IMG/VR virus record: IMGVR_UViG_3300005613_000001
Span: 62,001 to 126,000 of that record
Length of the DNA: 64,000 nt
Reading direction: 5' to 3' (one strand)
The notes under the pieces were generated by a model. It had not been told where the DNA came from. It searched no databases and worked only from the letters and a program-made list of their open reading frames with translations. Both the position numbers and the translations under genes were made by a program. Shown one piece after another: positions 10,041 through 19,462 of this stretch; the first letter of the stretch is position 1, and every line of letters starts with the position of its first letter.

Positions 10041-11439
10041 ACATTCTCACAATTCTTGGATCAAATCTAGCCACAATTTGAACTAAATCATTTTGTGAAG
10101 CCATAACATTGTGGATGTTCTTATACGCCCCAGGAACTTCATCTGCGGCGGCGGAAAGAACTTTAACACCCTTCTTTTCCAAATCCTTCTGAACTGCTCT
10201 CCACGTATATTTATCTTTTGCCTTCTTACGAGACATTTGACGACCGGCTCCATGAGATGCTGAATACAGACTTTCAGCATTACCCTTACCTTGCACGATA
10301 AATGCAGGGGTAGCCATTGAACCGGGAATCACACCCCATACGCCAGGACCAGCAGGGGTAGCACCTTTACGATGCACAATAACATCACCCTGCTCCAAAT
10401 CGTGTAACTCTTTCCACGCAAAGTTATGGTGGTTCTCCACGCCCCAAATAATTTTGGAGCCAAGCAACTTAGAAACACCCTTATGGATTACATCGTGGTT
10501 GGCAGCAGCGAATCTTCCCATAAGTTCCATCGCTGCCCAATATTCTTGTCCTTCTTCTGTGTCAAGATCAAGCCAAGCAAGCCTTCCAAGATCTTTATAT
10601 TTTGCCGGTAGTTTAGCCTGCGCAATGCCGCTGTACTGGTTGCAGACAGCAGCACCGGGGCCTCTTGAGCCGGAATGGGTCATAAGGGCCACATAACTTC
10701 CCGCCTCAAGATTGCCTGGATGTCGAACGTGGGCATCACCATCATGAGTTATATCTTCGGCTATTGTTACAATGCCAAACTCCGCGAAGTGATTACCACT
10801 ACCGGAAGTTCCAAGTTGCTTCCAAGCCTTATCCTTCTGGTCTTCTGTTACTTTAGTTACAGACCAATCCTCATCCATAACAGGGTGATTCTTCGGCTGA
10901 TCGTATACGGCGTTCCCTTTGACACCAATACCAAACCGAGTGCCCCCTTCAAGGGATTCTTTGCATAAATTAAATTTAGAATCCAGTGCTTCAACAGGAA
11001 TATCCAACACTGAAAACTTCATTCTACATGCAATATCTACACCCACAGCAAATGGGCAGACTGCATTTTTTAGAGCCAACACACCACCAATGGGAAGTCC
11101 ATATCCCAAGTGTGCATCTGGCATAAGCGCACCGCTAACCGCATTCGGCAAGCTACAGGCTTGTTTCATTTGAGCATGAGAGCCTTCATCAATGTCTGTC
11201 CCGAAAGTTTTATATTCAACGGGTTCAGAGCGCACAAACTCCCTATCCTCAATGATTGACTTAGCCAAATCACCGTAGTAACGATCTGTAGTGTATGTCT
11301 CAGGGCTTTCTACTAAAGCTGTAAGAACACTTTTAACTTTTCTAATATCATGTTCACGTTTTGCTGTCTGGATGCAGACAATAGCATCCTTCACGCAATC
11401 TTCTGGAACACCTGCTTTTATTAATTGTCTTGAATTCAT
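10012..11439 (-). CDS. rtcB: RtcB family RNA ligase
   Basis: MPDAHLGYGLPIGG, GVDIAC, GSGNHF, HSGSRG, NHHN, HRKGA, SHGAGR, DEVPGAYK. Confidence 0.96.
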   Translation of the reverse strand: MNSRQLIKAGVPEDCVKDAIVCIQTAKREHDIRKVKSVLTALVESPETYTTDRYYGDLAKSIIEDREFVRSEPVEYKTFGTDIDEGSHAQMKQACSLPNAVSGALMPDAHLGYGLPIGGVLALKNAVCPFAVGVDIACRMKFSVLDIPVEALDSKFNLCKESLEGGTRFGIGVKGNAVYDQPKNHPVMDEDWSVTKVTEDQKDKAWKQLGTSGSGNHFAEFGIVTIAEDITHDGDAHVRHPGNLEAGSYVALMTHSGSRGPGAAVCNQYSGIAQAKLPAKYKDLGRLAWLDLDTEEGQEYWAAMELMGRFAAANHDVIHKGVSKLLGSKIIWGVENHHNFAWKELHDLEQGDVIVHRKGATPAGPGVWGVIPGSMATPAFIVQGKGNAESLYSASHGAGRQMSRKKAKDKYTWRAVQKDLEKKGVKVLSAAADEVPGAYKNIHNVMASQNDLVQIVARFDPRIVRMCGDGSKAED

Positions 11440-11563
11440 CTACCGTACCGTTGCGTTAATACTGTTAATGGGAAAAATTCATTTTCATGTTGCTCTTTGT
11501 ACTCATGTAATTTCTCTAAGCACTCTTCAACGCTTAACCTTCCCCAGCTAGATAAAGTTCTCC

Positions 11564-11953
11564 CTAGCAATTTCCCAACCCCAACGCCACACCACCAAAA
11601 CTGGCTGACCAGAACTTCGCAATCAAATCATCAAATGTATATCTTTTAGTTGGGAAAATGTAGTGGTAGTTCATATCTAAGCACGCTCGGTGATTGTGTA
11701 TGCCGTGAAATGGCATCATACACAAAACACAGTCTGATTGTTCAAAATCATCTGTTAAACTGAACGTTGCATAAAGTGACTGTGCCGCACCTTCAGCATA
11801 ATAGTGGCGGTAAAACATAATGTACGGCAAGGGCAAATAATGGAATTCAGTAGTCATACTATGCGTAGAAACCCTTTTTGCAAACGGAACAGACCGTTTA
11901 CGAGGGGGATATACCCGTACATCCTCAGTTATTTCTTTATATACTGCTGTCAT
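11564..11953 (-). CDS. prokaryotic E2 family D-like protein, paralog 1
   Basis: LPLPYIMF...PFHGI...ACL...FWSASF pattern; clear paralog of the next gene. Confidence 0.5.
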   Translation of the reverse strand: MTAVYKEITEDVRVYPPRKRSVPFAKRVSTHSMTTEFHYLPLPYIMFYRHYYAEGAAQSLYATFSLTDDFEQSDCVLCMMPFHGIHNHRACLDMNYHYIFPTKRYTFDDLIAKFWSASFGGVALGLGNC

Positions 11954-12567
11954 CGATAGTAGCCCGAAAATAATTGACTCAAGGGGAAGAATGTCCCTCT
12001 ATTCCGCCTCGTTCTCATCCAATTATTAATACCTTCAGGAACGCCTTCCCCAAGACAATGCCCCTCTTTTAAACCTTGCAGCCTTTGACAGCATTCATCT
12101 GGGCTTAACTGCTCCCAACTATGGAGGCTACCACCAAACGCTTGCTTAACTACATCACTAAAGCCACCGTGGTAGCCGCCAAAGGTGTTGCTCCAAAACA
12201 TTCTAATTAAATCATCAAAATTAAATCTGTTTGCAGGGAAATCATAATGATAATCTCCCGAAGCAAGACAAATCTTATGCTCTTCATCTATGTTGTTCAA
12301 TGGAATAGGACACAGAACATTCTCATCTTCCGCTTCACTTAGACCAAATGCCACATGAAGCGATATGGATTCCTGCGCATCCCGCCATAGACCAGAATGC
12401 CCATAACGCATATATCGCTCTGATCCTCTCACCCGACGCATACCAAATACCATATGCGGAAAGGGCAAAAAGAACCTCTTGCGATTCCTGGTATGGACAA
12501 ACAGGGTTCGCTTGCAAGGTGGGTATATGCGAACCTCACGACCAACACATGGCACATCACCCGCCAC
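11950..12567 (-). CDS. prokaryotic E2 family D-like protein, paralog 2
   Basis: LPFPHMVF...PLNNI...ICL...FWSNTF pattern. Confidence 0.55.
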   Translation of the reverse strand: MAGDVPCVGREVRIYPPCKRTLFVHTRNRKRFFLPFPHMVFGMRRVRGSERYMRYGHSGLWRDAQESISLHVAFGLSEAEDENVLCPIPLNNIDEEHKICLASGDYHYDFPANRFNFDDLIRMFWSNTFGGYHGGFSDVVKQAFGGSLHSWEQLSPDECCQRLQGLKEGHCLGEGVPEGINNWMRTRRNRGTFFPLSQLFSGYYR

Positions 12568-12668
12568 ATGCGAAGGGCCAAGATCAATCGTTTTATACGT
12601 TCTCGCAGACTGAACGTTTGCGAACTCTGGGGCAGTCGGTGTACCGCCTCTTATTAAAAGATGATACT

Positions 12669-12995
12669 TTGGAGATACGCAAGTATTATCCGTCTAAGCG
12701 GGTAATCTTTGCGAGGCGGTCGGACAATGAGTTTTATCTACAATTTCCCTATTCTGTCTTAGAATGTCTTCTTCCGCCTCAACCCAGAACCTATTCGCTT
12801 CTCCATTCGAAGGACAGCCAGCTTCAAGCCACTTGTAATAAGCCGCCTCACGAATTTGATCTTCCATTCTTTAATCCTTTGTCCGATTGCTGTGATCCGG
12901 CATTCCAATTTTACCTTGCCTTCTCTTTTCCCAAACTTTTCGCATTGATTCGCTACGTTGTTTTTTTTGCTCATCAGTCAACTTTGAGCCTTTAA
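12669..12995 (+). pseudogene. inverted third paralog fragment of the E2-D-like genes
   Basis: EIRKYYPSKRVIF...FYLQFPYSV aligns with EVRIYPPCKRTLF...FFLPFPHMV; the 3' part overlaps the endonuclease gene. Confidence 0.45.
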
Positions 12996-13515
12996 GTTTA
13001 TTGCTTATTTTTTTCTTTGTGACTTCAGAGCGTTGTTTTCCATAACACCAATGCAACTCTCCGCTTGTGGCAGCAACCGCTTTTTGTATGGATTCTTCTG
13101 ACCTTTTTTTTCCATACATGGGATTATTCTTACCCAACCTTAATTCTCTTAATAATCTCTTAGTTTGCTCTGTGTGTTTTCGCCCTTTAAATGAACTAAA
13201 ACCAGAAACCCCTTGACCACCAATGGTTTGATTTGTTAGATTTTCTTTTCCAATTTTAACTATCCATTCCCTCTCTCTTTGAAGGGCTGTTTCTTCAGAT
13301 AGATTTTCTTCTAACTTCTCAACAATTGGCGACAAACCGCTAGCAGTAATTTCTCGAATGAGCCTATTCTTGGGATTGTCTTTTTCTAACATTTTAGGAC
13401 GAAGATGGAATCTCCAACGATAATTCTTCCCCTTTCCTATGTAAAATATCTTGTTATTACGAGGATCAATATACGCATAAACATAATAAATTGGTGTTAA
13501 ATCAAGTTCTTTCAT
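12871..13515 (-). CDS. GIY-YIG (LEM-3-like) homing endonuclease with NUMOD3 repeats
   Basis: YYVYAYIDP...FYIGKG; GRKHTEQTK, GKKRSEES, GKQRSEVTK repeats. Confidence 0.9.
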   Translation of the reverse strand: MKELDLTPIYYVYAYIDPRNNKIFYIGKGKNYRWRFHLRPKMLEKDNPKNRLIREITASGLSPIVEKLEENLSEETALQREREWIVKIGKENLTNQTIGGQGVSGFSSFKGRKHTEQTKRLLRELRLGKNNPMYGKKRSEESIQKAVAATSGELHWCYGKQRSEVTKKKISNKLKGSKLTDEQKKQRSESMRKVWEKRRQGKIGMPDHSNRTKD

Positions 13516-13553
13516 ACAGTTATATACACGCCAGTATGAAGAAAACCTTCCAT

Positions 13554-14009
13554 TTATTTCTTCGCCTTTCTAAGTTTATCTCTAATTTTCATCAAACGAG
13601 AACAAAACTCAGACTGTGTGAGAACTGTCTCTTTTGGATTGTTCTTCCCAATTTTATGTGTAAGAACAACATCGCCAGTATCCAGCAACGCTTTTTTGGC
13701 TTTTTCGTTCTTAAATAAAGCCTCAAAAATATCATCAAGCAACTTCTGGTATTCAGGCGATTCTCTTTTGATCGGACTTCCCTGCCACCACAATATTTGG
13801 GTTCGTTTCCAATTTTTGTTTGCGCCTCGCCTCTTAGCACCATAGCCAGTCAGTTGAAAAACTGCACATTGCATTTCGGGAGACTTAAATTTCAACCCCT
13901 GAACAACACCCTCTACAGACGCACATTCAATACCTCTTACTTTAAAGGGGCGGGGCACAAAGTTTGATAAAGCTCCAGCAGGATACGGCTTCTTCGATTT
14001 GATATCCAT
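13554..14009 (-). CDS. NADAR-superfamily protein (T4 gp30.3-like)
   Basis: PAGALSNF..RPF...CASVEG..QGLK...LWWQG...ALLDTG. Confidence 0.8.
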   Translation of the reverse strand: MDIKSKKPYPAGALSNFVPRPFKVRGIECASVEGVVQGLKFKSPEMQCAVFQLTGYGAKRRGANKNWKRTQILWWQGSPIKRESPEYQKLLDDIFEALFKNEKAKKALLDTGDVVLTHKIGKNNPKETVLTQSEFCSRLMKIRDKLRKAKK

Positions 14010-14653
14010 TACAATAACCCTTCTGTTAAATCATCAAGTCCTACATCCCAGCGTTGTTCATTAGCATATTCCCTTGCTAACTGCAATTCTTCATCAGTTA
14101 GATGAATACTAGAAAACCTCTTGTGGCATTTCAAAGCATGATCCTTATACCAAGCGAATCGACGTTTTATTTGTTCAGGTGTAAAATGTTCTAATTCGCC
14201 CTTGGCAATTCCTGTAGTTACCCAAAATTCCGCAAACCTTCGAGCATGGTGTATTCCCACACCCGCTATAACTGACTGAGGGTAATAGTATGTGGGCACC
14301 ATATCACCCACATCAAATCTCGTCTTGTAAATAGGTCTTATAATCCAACAACTAGCGACAGCATACATTCCCACTTCATCTGACAATATTTCATTGTTAC
14401 AGGGGTCTTCATCCTCAACACTACAACGGATTGTTACACCAGCCGGTTTAGCAACATCGCCTCTTATTATTATAACGTCTTGGAAGTTGATACCATTTTC
14501 TTTACAGAACGCCTCTAATGTTCCCAGCGTCCCATATTTTATACCAATATTTTGATCTTTAAATGGAAGGTCACCCTTTTCATCTTGTCCCCAAACGCGA
14601 ACTCTCTTCTGTTCTAACGGGAACAACATGAAATGAAATTTTTCAGCCCCCAT
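14009..14653 (-). CDS. hypothetical protein
   Basis: 214 aa operonic ORF. Confidence 0.7.
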   Translation of the reverse strand: MGAEKFHFMLFPLEQKRVRVWGQDEKGDLPFKDQNIGIKYGTLGTLEAFCKENGINFQDVIIIRGDVAKPAGVTIRCSVEDEDPCNNEILSDEVGMYAVASCWIIRPIYKTRFDVGDMVPTYYYPQSVIAGVGIHHARRFAEFWVTTGIAKGELEHFTPEQIKRRFAWYKDHALKCHKRFSSIHLTDEELQLAREYANEQRWDVGLDDLTEGLL

Positions 14654-15164
14654 TTTCTTCTTCGCCTAATAGTTTGAAGACTGTTGATAGGAATTCTTCG
14701 GTGAATTTCTCGATGCCAGGACATTTACTTTCTCTATTACCAGCGACATTCAGCACTTCAATTTTCTTATCTTTGATCCATGCTGCTACTTTTTCGGGAG
14801 AAGTAGGATTGTTGAAATCTACATCAATACATTCTTTTCTATTTGCCAGGATGGCACGGCGAGTACATATCTCTCCGGGGGAAGCAAAGTTGCCCGCGAA
14901 GCGTATGGTTCCGTCTGAATCTTCTACATTATACTTTGTTCGGGGTGTATAGCTTACAGAAGTAGTTTCTTTCAATCCAAAGTCAGCCAAATCAGGTTTT
15001 AGACCATTTTCGGTTTGGAACCCTTTAGGTATCCATCCACCTGTTTCTATACCGCACTTTTGGGCGGCGAGAAGACCCCCCATATCTGCCCCCGTTTGCC
15101 CGCCGCTGATTATCTTCCGTAACACCGGCAACTCCTTAGGTAAGGAAGCCCTCATGTTTAACAT
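14643..15164 (-). CDS. SLOG superfamily cpYpsA / putative molybdenum carrier-like protein
   Basis: KIISGGQTGAD...GGWIPKG...RT..NV.DSDGT...LNVAGNRES. Confidence 0.88.
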   Translation of the reverse strand: MLNMRASLPKELPVLRKIISGGQTGADMGGLLAAQKCGIETGGWIPKGFQTENGLKPDLADFGLKETTSVSYTPRTKYNVEDSDGTIRFAGNFASPGEICTRRAILANRKECIDVDFNNPTSPEKVAAWIKDKKIEVLNVAGNRESKCPGIEKFTEEFLSTVFKLLGEEENGG

Positions 15165-15189
15165 ACCATGAATCTTACTATTGTAAACT

Positions 15190-15483
15190 TCACGCTGTCA
15201 TTTTGCGATCTTCAAATAGATCAACAACTTTTAGGAATTCATCGTGTGAATAGCCCTCATCAAAAACATACTTCTCTACAAATTCTGCCTCTTGTTCTGT
15301 TAGAATTTTAGAGAATCTAATTTCTTCAATGCTTTTAAAGTAATGATGGCGAATTGCCCAGGCAACAGAGAGTAGACGATTCCTAGTAGTGCTATCGAAA
15401 ATGCGATTGCAATGTGAGCAGCTTGAGATTCCCTCAATAAGCATCTGGTATAATGAATGACCACAGTAGGGACAATAATTCAT
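15190..15483 (-). CDS. zinc-ribbon hypothetical protein
   Basis: CPYC...CSHC. Confidence 0.7.
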   Translation of the reverse strand: MNYCPYCGHSLYQMLIEGISSCSHCNRIFDSTTRNRLLSVAWAIRHHYFKSIEEIRFSKILTEQEAEFVEKYVFDEGYSHDEFLKVVDLFEDRKMTA

Positions 15484-15500
15484 TCTATAACTATTTATTC

Positions 15501-15887
15501 TTATGAAATTAATTTCTTGATCGCATCCTGTAATCCTGATGGTAGTCCTTCTGGTTGTGGGCGGGGCATAATAGCGGGAATACTGGCCTCTACTTTTTTC
15601 CCAGCATCATTAAATGCAGCAACTAGTAAATCCTCTAGAAACTCGGGGTCAGTAGCCAACTTAGCACACACCGTTGGGTCAATTTTAATTGATTGGCACT
15701 CTTTAACTCCATTAACCACAACCTCTACCATGCCAGCGCCAGCAGTTCCAGTGACTCTTTTTGCTGTTAATTCATCCACCATTTTCACCAGCGAAGGCAT
15801 TTTACCCATAGAACCTCTCAGTTTTTCCAAAGCAGCACGGGCTTCATCAGCATTATTAATTGTCATTTTAATTCTCCTTAGGCTCAA
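15501..15887 (-). CDS. YbaB/EbfC nucleoid-associated protein (start probably 15866)
   Basis: GTAGAGMVEVVVNG...IKIDP...LEDLLVAAFNDA. Confidence 0.88.
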   Translation of the reverse strand: MSLRRIKMTINNADEARAALEKLRGSMGKMPSLVKMVDELTAKRVTGTAGAGMVEVVVNGVKECQSIKIDPTVCAKLATDPEFLEDLLVAAFNDAGKKVEASIPAIMPRPQPEGLPSGLQDAIKKLIS

Positions 15888-15921
15888 AAAAAACCTCGTC
15901 CCCCCAACGGAGGACGAGGTT
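15886..15921 (-). terminator. intrinsic terminator
   Basis: AACCTCGTCC/GGACGAGGTT stem plus T8 on the minus strand. Confidence 0.75.
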
Positions 15922-15941
15922 AAATGTTAAGAACAAAAAAC

Positions 15942-17228
15942 CTAGATTAGAGATTCTTCCTCATCCTCAACATCTTCATCATCGACATAACCTAAATCAT
16001 CTTCGGGTACGACAGAATCTACTTCGTCACTTTCATCGTACTCCAAATCGCCCCCTGCTTCAAAATCTGCTTCGGATTCAAATTCTTCTTCCTCAACATC
16101 ATCTTCGGCAGGAATCAATTCAAGAACATCATGTAGAACCTTGGACAAATCCTTTTCGCCCGATAAGATTCCATTTACAACTTCACGCACAATGCGAAGC
16201 ACTTCAACTTCACACAGGTACTCATCCTCATCGTCTTTACCGTCGTTTTCAATAAAGGAATCTAATTTATCAAGATAAAGCTTCTTGATTTTAGCTTTCC
16301 CCAACGCGGCGGCAACTTGATGCTGAGCGCCAGCCTTTTTCCCCGCCTCAGTAAGACTCTTATTCTTAACTTGAGGCGTGGTTTTGGCGTGGTTTTCTAT
16401 TGCATCTTTTGCCTCTTCAAGCTTTTCCTCTGCCTCTTCTTGTTCCTTCTCAGCTTCATCTACCGTAGCAGGATCAGCGCCGAGAAGTTTTGCGGCGGAG
16501 ACAGTTGCTTTGGCAGTTTCTACCTTATCCTCAGCACGATCTACCGCTTTGGTGAACTTCGCCAATCTATCTTCCCAGACTTGTTCAGCATCAGCCAAAG
16601 CATCCTTATACAACTGGTGCCGTAAGTCTAAGTCGTCAATCTTGGCAAGAATCTCAGCTACTCTTAATGTGAGGCGACCTTCCTCATAGCCCCGGAAACA
16701 CAGAGGGTCCAACTCCCCAAGCGTGTTCATCTTTTTCAGCCATTGTTCGCTCCGATCAAACATGGCTAAAATGTCGTCTTTTTCGTATCCTTCTTCTTCC
16801 TGAAGATACTTAACAAGACCAGCGGTGGCATTATCTCCAATCGGTTCGGCTGTGTCATTGCAACGAATCGCCGCAACCCAAGCATCCTTATCAGACATTT
16901 CCTTAATGTGACAAGGAACCGTAGGGAGATTCAGGTCAAGCGAACAACGCAATCGTCGTTCACCGGCAAGAAGATGAAGTTCTTCTTCGCCGTCTTTGAC
17001 AACCTTCCGACAAACAAGAGGATTTTGAATTCCTCTTAATTTAATGTCAGCCCTAAGCCGCTCCATCTTCTCATCTTGAAAACCCAGACCGAGTAGCCCC
17101 TTCTCCTTATTAACTGCTCGGTGAAAGTGTCTCGGATTCGCAAAACCGCCATCTCCAATGGTATCGGAAATAACTATCTTGCGGGGATCAACCATAAATA
17201 AGTCATCCGTGAATTCCCCTTGATTCAT
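15942..17228 (-). CDS. ParB/Srx N-terminal domain protein with coiled coil and acidic tail
   Basis: NPR, L.ADI..RGIQNPL, LLAGERRLR. Confidence 0.85.
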   Translation of the reverse strand: MNQGEFTDDLFMVDPRKIVISDTIGDGGFANPRHFHRAVNKEKGLLGLGFQDEKMERLRADIKLRGIQNPLVCRKVVKDGEEELHLLAGERRLRCSLDLNLPTVPCHIKEMSDKDAWVAAIRCNDTAEPIGDNATAGLVKYLQEEEGYEKDDILAMFDRSEQWLKKMNTLGELDPLCFRGYEEGRLTLRVAEILAKIDDLDLRHQLYKDALADAEQVWEDRLAKFTKAVDRAEDKVETAKATVSAAKLLGADPATVDEAEKEQEEAEEKLEEAKDAIENHAKTTPQVKNKSLTEAGKKAGAQHQVAAALGKAKIKKLYLDKLDSFIENDGKDDEDEYLCEVEVLRIVREVVNGILSGEKDLSKVLHDVLELIPAEDDVEEEEFESEADFEAGGDLEYDESDEVDSVVPEDDLGYVDDEDVEDEEESLI

Positions 17229-17253
17229 CTCAACGCTCCTTACGGGTTAATGG

Positions 17254-17880
17254 TCAAAACGAGTAACTCTTATGCTCCTTTCTGCAACGTAGTTGCCATG
17301 AAACCTCATACTCTTTTGCACCAAAATCATCAAGCACAGACCTTTTCTTCTTCAGAACAAGACCTTCAATTTCATCTAGCTCAATCCTAGATTCCCAATG
17401 GTCTGTAAAGTTGGAAGCAAAAGTCTCCGCAAGCCAAACGTTTTCTGTGACCTTTAGCGCCACACCATTCTTAGGCTCTAATTCTGTTGGGCGACCACAA
17501 AGATTAAACAACAATTCATGCCGCCCCATTAAATCAGGATCACCAAATAGGTAATGCCCCGCCTGTAATACATCAAATAATACGAGGCGGTTTTTGTAAT
17601 GGGGGTCCGTTGTTTTGTTGTTTAGAAGTTCGGCATCCAGCCAGTATTCGAGACCATCCTGTATTCCAAGAGATCGCAACTGGTCCGCAACATCCGAACT
17701 CAACTCCCACTGCTTGTGGGGGGTTCCATGCCGGGTCCAAGCCACTACCTCTCCGGTGGGCTTAATGTTAATCGGACTCCTAGTGCCATTAAACTTTAAC
17801 TGAGCTACCCAAATTCCCTGTTTTTCGTACTTAGGTAGATCAGCCGGGCGAATACGGTGTTTGGGGCGGGGTGGGAACAT
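17254..17880 (-). CDS. ATP-dependent ligase-like protein, adenylation domain only
   Basis: KFNGTR (motif I), LDAEL (III), LFDVL (IIIa), EGLVLK (IV); no OB domain. Confidence 0.78.
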   Translation of the reverse strand: MFPPRPKHRIRPADLPKYEKQGIWVAQLKFNGTRSPINIKPTGEVVAWTRHGTPHKQWELSSDVADQLRSLGIQDGLEYWLDAELLNNKTTDPHYKNRLVLFDVLQAGHYLFGDPDLMGRHELLFNLCGRPTELEPKNGVALKVTENVWLAETFASNFTDHWESRIELDEIEGLVLKKKRSVLDDFGAKEYEVSWQLRCRKEHKSYSF

Positions 17881-18015
17881 GACATACTCCTAGTTTCTTA
17901 GGAGTAGTACAATTCCAATTTCCCCCCCTCTCTCCCCACTATAACACAATGTCCAGAGATGTTAAGTGGGATTGAAAAAGACAATTTCCTGTTAGAAGGT
18001 TTGTAGCAATATTCA

Positions 18016-19107
18016 CTACAGCAAATCTCTATATTCCACCCCCCATGCAATTACCTGGATAATTTCGTCTAACTCTAACTTCTTCTTAATCCTCGCTAAA
18101 TAACTATCCACTGTGGACCTCGCAACATTCAAACGAACGCTAGCAGCCTCGGCGCAAAGCCCGTCTGCTATCATTGCTATCACTTCCTTTTCTCGTACAG
18201 AAAGTAGTTCAAATCGTGACGGCATCACCTTACATTTGGCAATCAACGCCACGGACTCTCGGGGGGTATCTTCCCCCTTTAAGATGGGTTCTAGATGCAA
18301 TTTACACCAACAATTCGGCCAAAGCCGATTATCCGGCAACAATTTAACAGTAACATCAAGGGGTTCTCCTAGTGCTAAACACCTAGTGAGAGCTACTTTT
18401 GCTACCTCAGCAGAATCCGGCGTGAGCCAAGACCACCAGTAATTTCCAATAATGCGATTAACATTAGGAACCGGATCAGCAGCCTGAGTATCCGGCGTGA
18501 ATGTGGGCGGAAACCAACAAACCCGACCTTCACCATCGAAAAGAATGGCAAACTCAGAGGATGGTTTTCCAACCTGTATTGCTTTGTTGTATCTTGCCGC
18601 CCATATGATTACATCTAAAATTTCATGTAAATCTAATTTTTCCCTAATTCGGCGCAGGTGGGTATCAACAGTCGTTCTCTCTATAAATAAATCCTTCGCC
18701 GCCTTACTAGCGGAAACCCCTCTTCCCAAACGAGCGAGAATATCGATTTCTCTCTCACTCAAGACTTCTAATTGTTCTGGAACGATTATACACTCACTTA
18801 CAACAGATGCACAATTGCGGGTAGGAGCCAAAGCCGGTGAAATAGGGTGAAACACCAGCCTAGCGCGTTGGCCCGGCCAATCCGGGTCGCCCTCAAGCAA
18901 CCGGGCGATCAAAGTTTCCATCTGATTTAAAACGACACAACGAGATATTGCCGTTTTAATTTTATCCGCCGAGTCTTCTTGAAAGAAATCCCAGGGGTAT
19001 GTATCAACAATTTCATTATTCACATCTTGAACGGTAACAGCTTGAGGAAACCAAACTGTTCGTCCTGTGCCATCAAACAAAACTTGAAATACCGGATTTT
19101 CAGACAT
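18016..19107 (-). CDS. tandem (sensor-like + LuxR HTH) x2 regulator
   Basis: two repeats of LFDG.GR..WFP...LS.RE..I...A.G...TVD..L.RI..KL. Confidence 0.85.
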   Translation of the reverse strand: MSENPVFQVLFDGTGRTVWFPQAVTVQDVNNEIVDTYPWDFFQEDSADKIKTAISRCVVLNQMETLIARLLEGDPDWPGQRARLVFHPISPALAPTRNCASVVSECIIVPEQLEVLSEREIDILARLGRGVSASKAAKDLFIERTTVDTHLRRIREKLDLHEILDVIIWAARYNKAIQVGKPSSEFAILFDGEGRVCWFPPTFTPDTQAADPVPNVNRIIGNYWWSWLTPDSAEVAKVALTRCLALGEPLDVTVKLLPDNRLWPNCWCKLHLEPILKGEDTPRESVALIAKCKVMPSRFELLSVREKEVIAMIADGLCAEAASVRLNVARSTVDSYLARIKKKLELDEIIQVIAWGVEYRDLL

Positions 19108-19122
19108 ATTTTTGCCTCAAAT

Positions 19123-19152
19123 TAAAACAGCCACCGATAAGGTGGCTGTTTT
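19123..19152. terminator. terminator hairpin
   Basis: AAAACAGCCACC/GGTGGCTGTTTT. Confidence 0.75.
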
Positions 19153-19159
19153 CACCGGG

Positions 19160-19462
19160 CTACCATTCAACATCTAACCGATTTTGAAGGGTTAGTGCTA
19201 AATAGGGGCAACCATTTCCATTTGGCGAAGTGTTATCAATGACCCGGATTGCTGCTACTTGGGCCATTTGTTTTAAATAAAAGGTGGGGACTTTCCCCTT
19301 CAGCAATACATCGCCATCAACACATTCAACTTCAATCTTACAGTTTCCTACGTGTGGGTCAGCAGAAATTTCTCTCCGTACCCTTTCTGCTACTTGCTGC
19401 ATTCCGTTACTCTCCTTATTCAGTGCATTTAAAAGGTTCTCCACAATCTCCGCATATTGCAT
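19160..19462 (-). CDS. BON domain protein (start probably about 19402)
   Basis: VLLKGKVPTFYLKQMAQ...NRLDV. Confidence 0.8.
   Translation of the reverse strand: MQYAEIVENLLNALNKESNGMQQVAERVRREISADPHVGNCKIEVECVDGDVLLKGKVPTFYLKQMAQVAAIRVIDNTSPNGNGCPYLALTLQNRLDVEW

Noticed and set aside
12871-13515. Group I intron around the GIY-YIG gene
   Set aside because: No split conserved gene or room for a ribozyme core; it has its own promoter-like motif.
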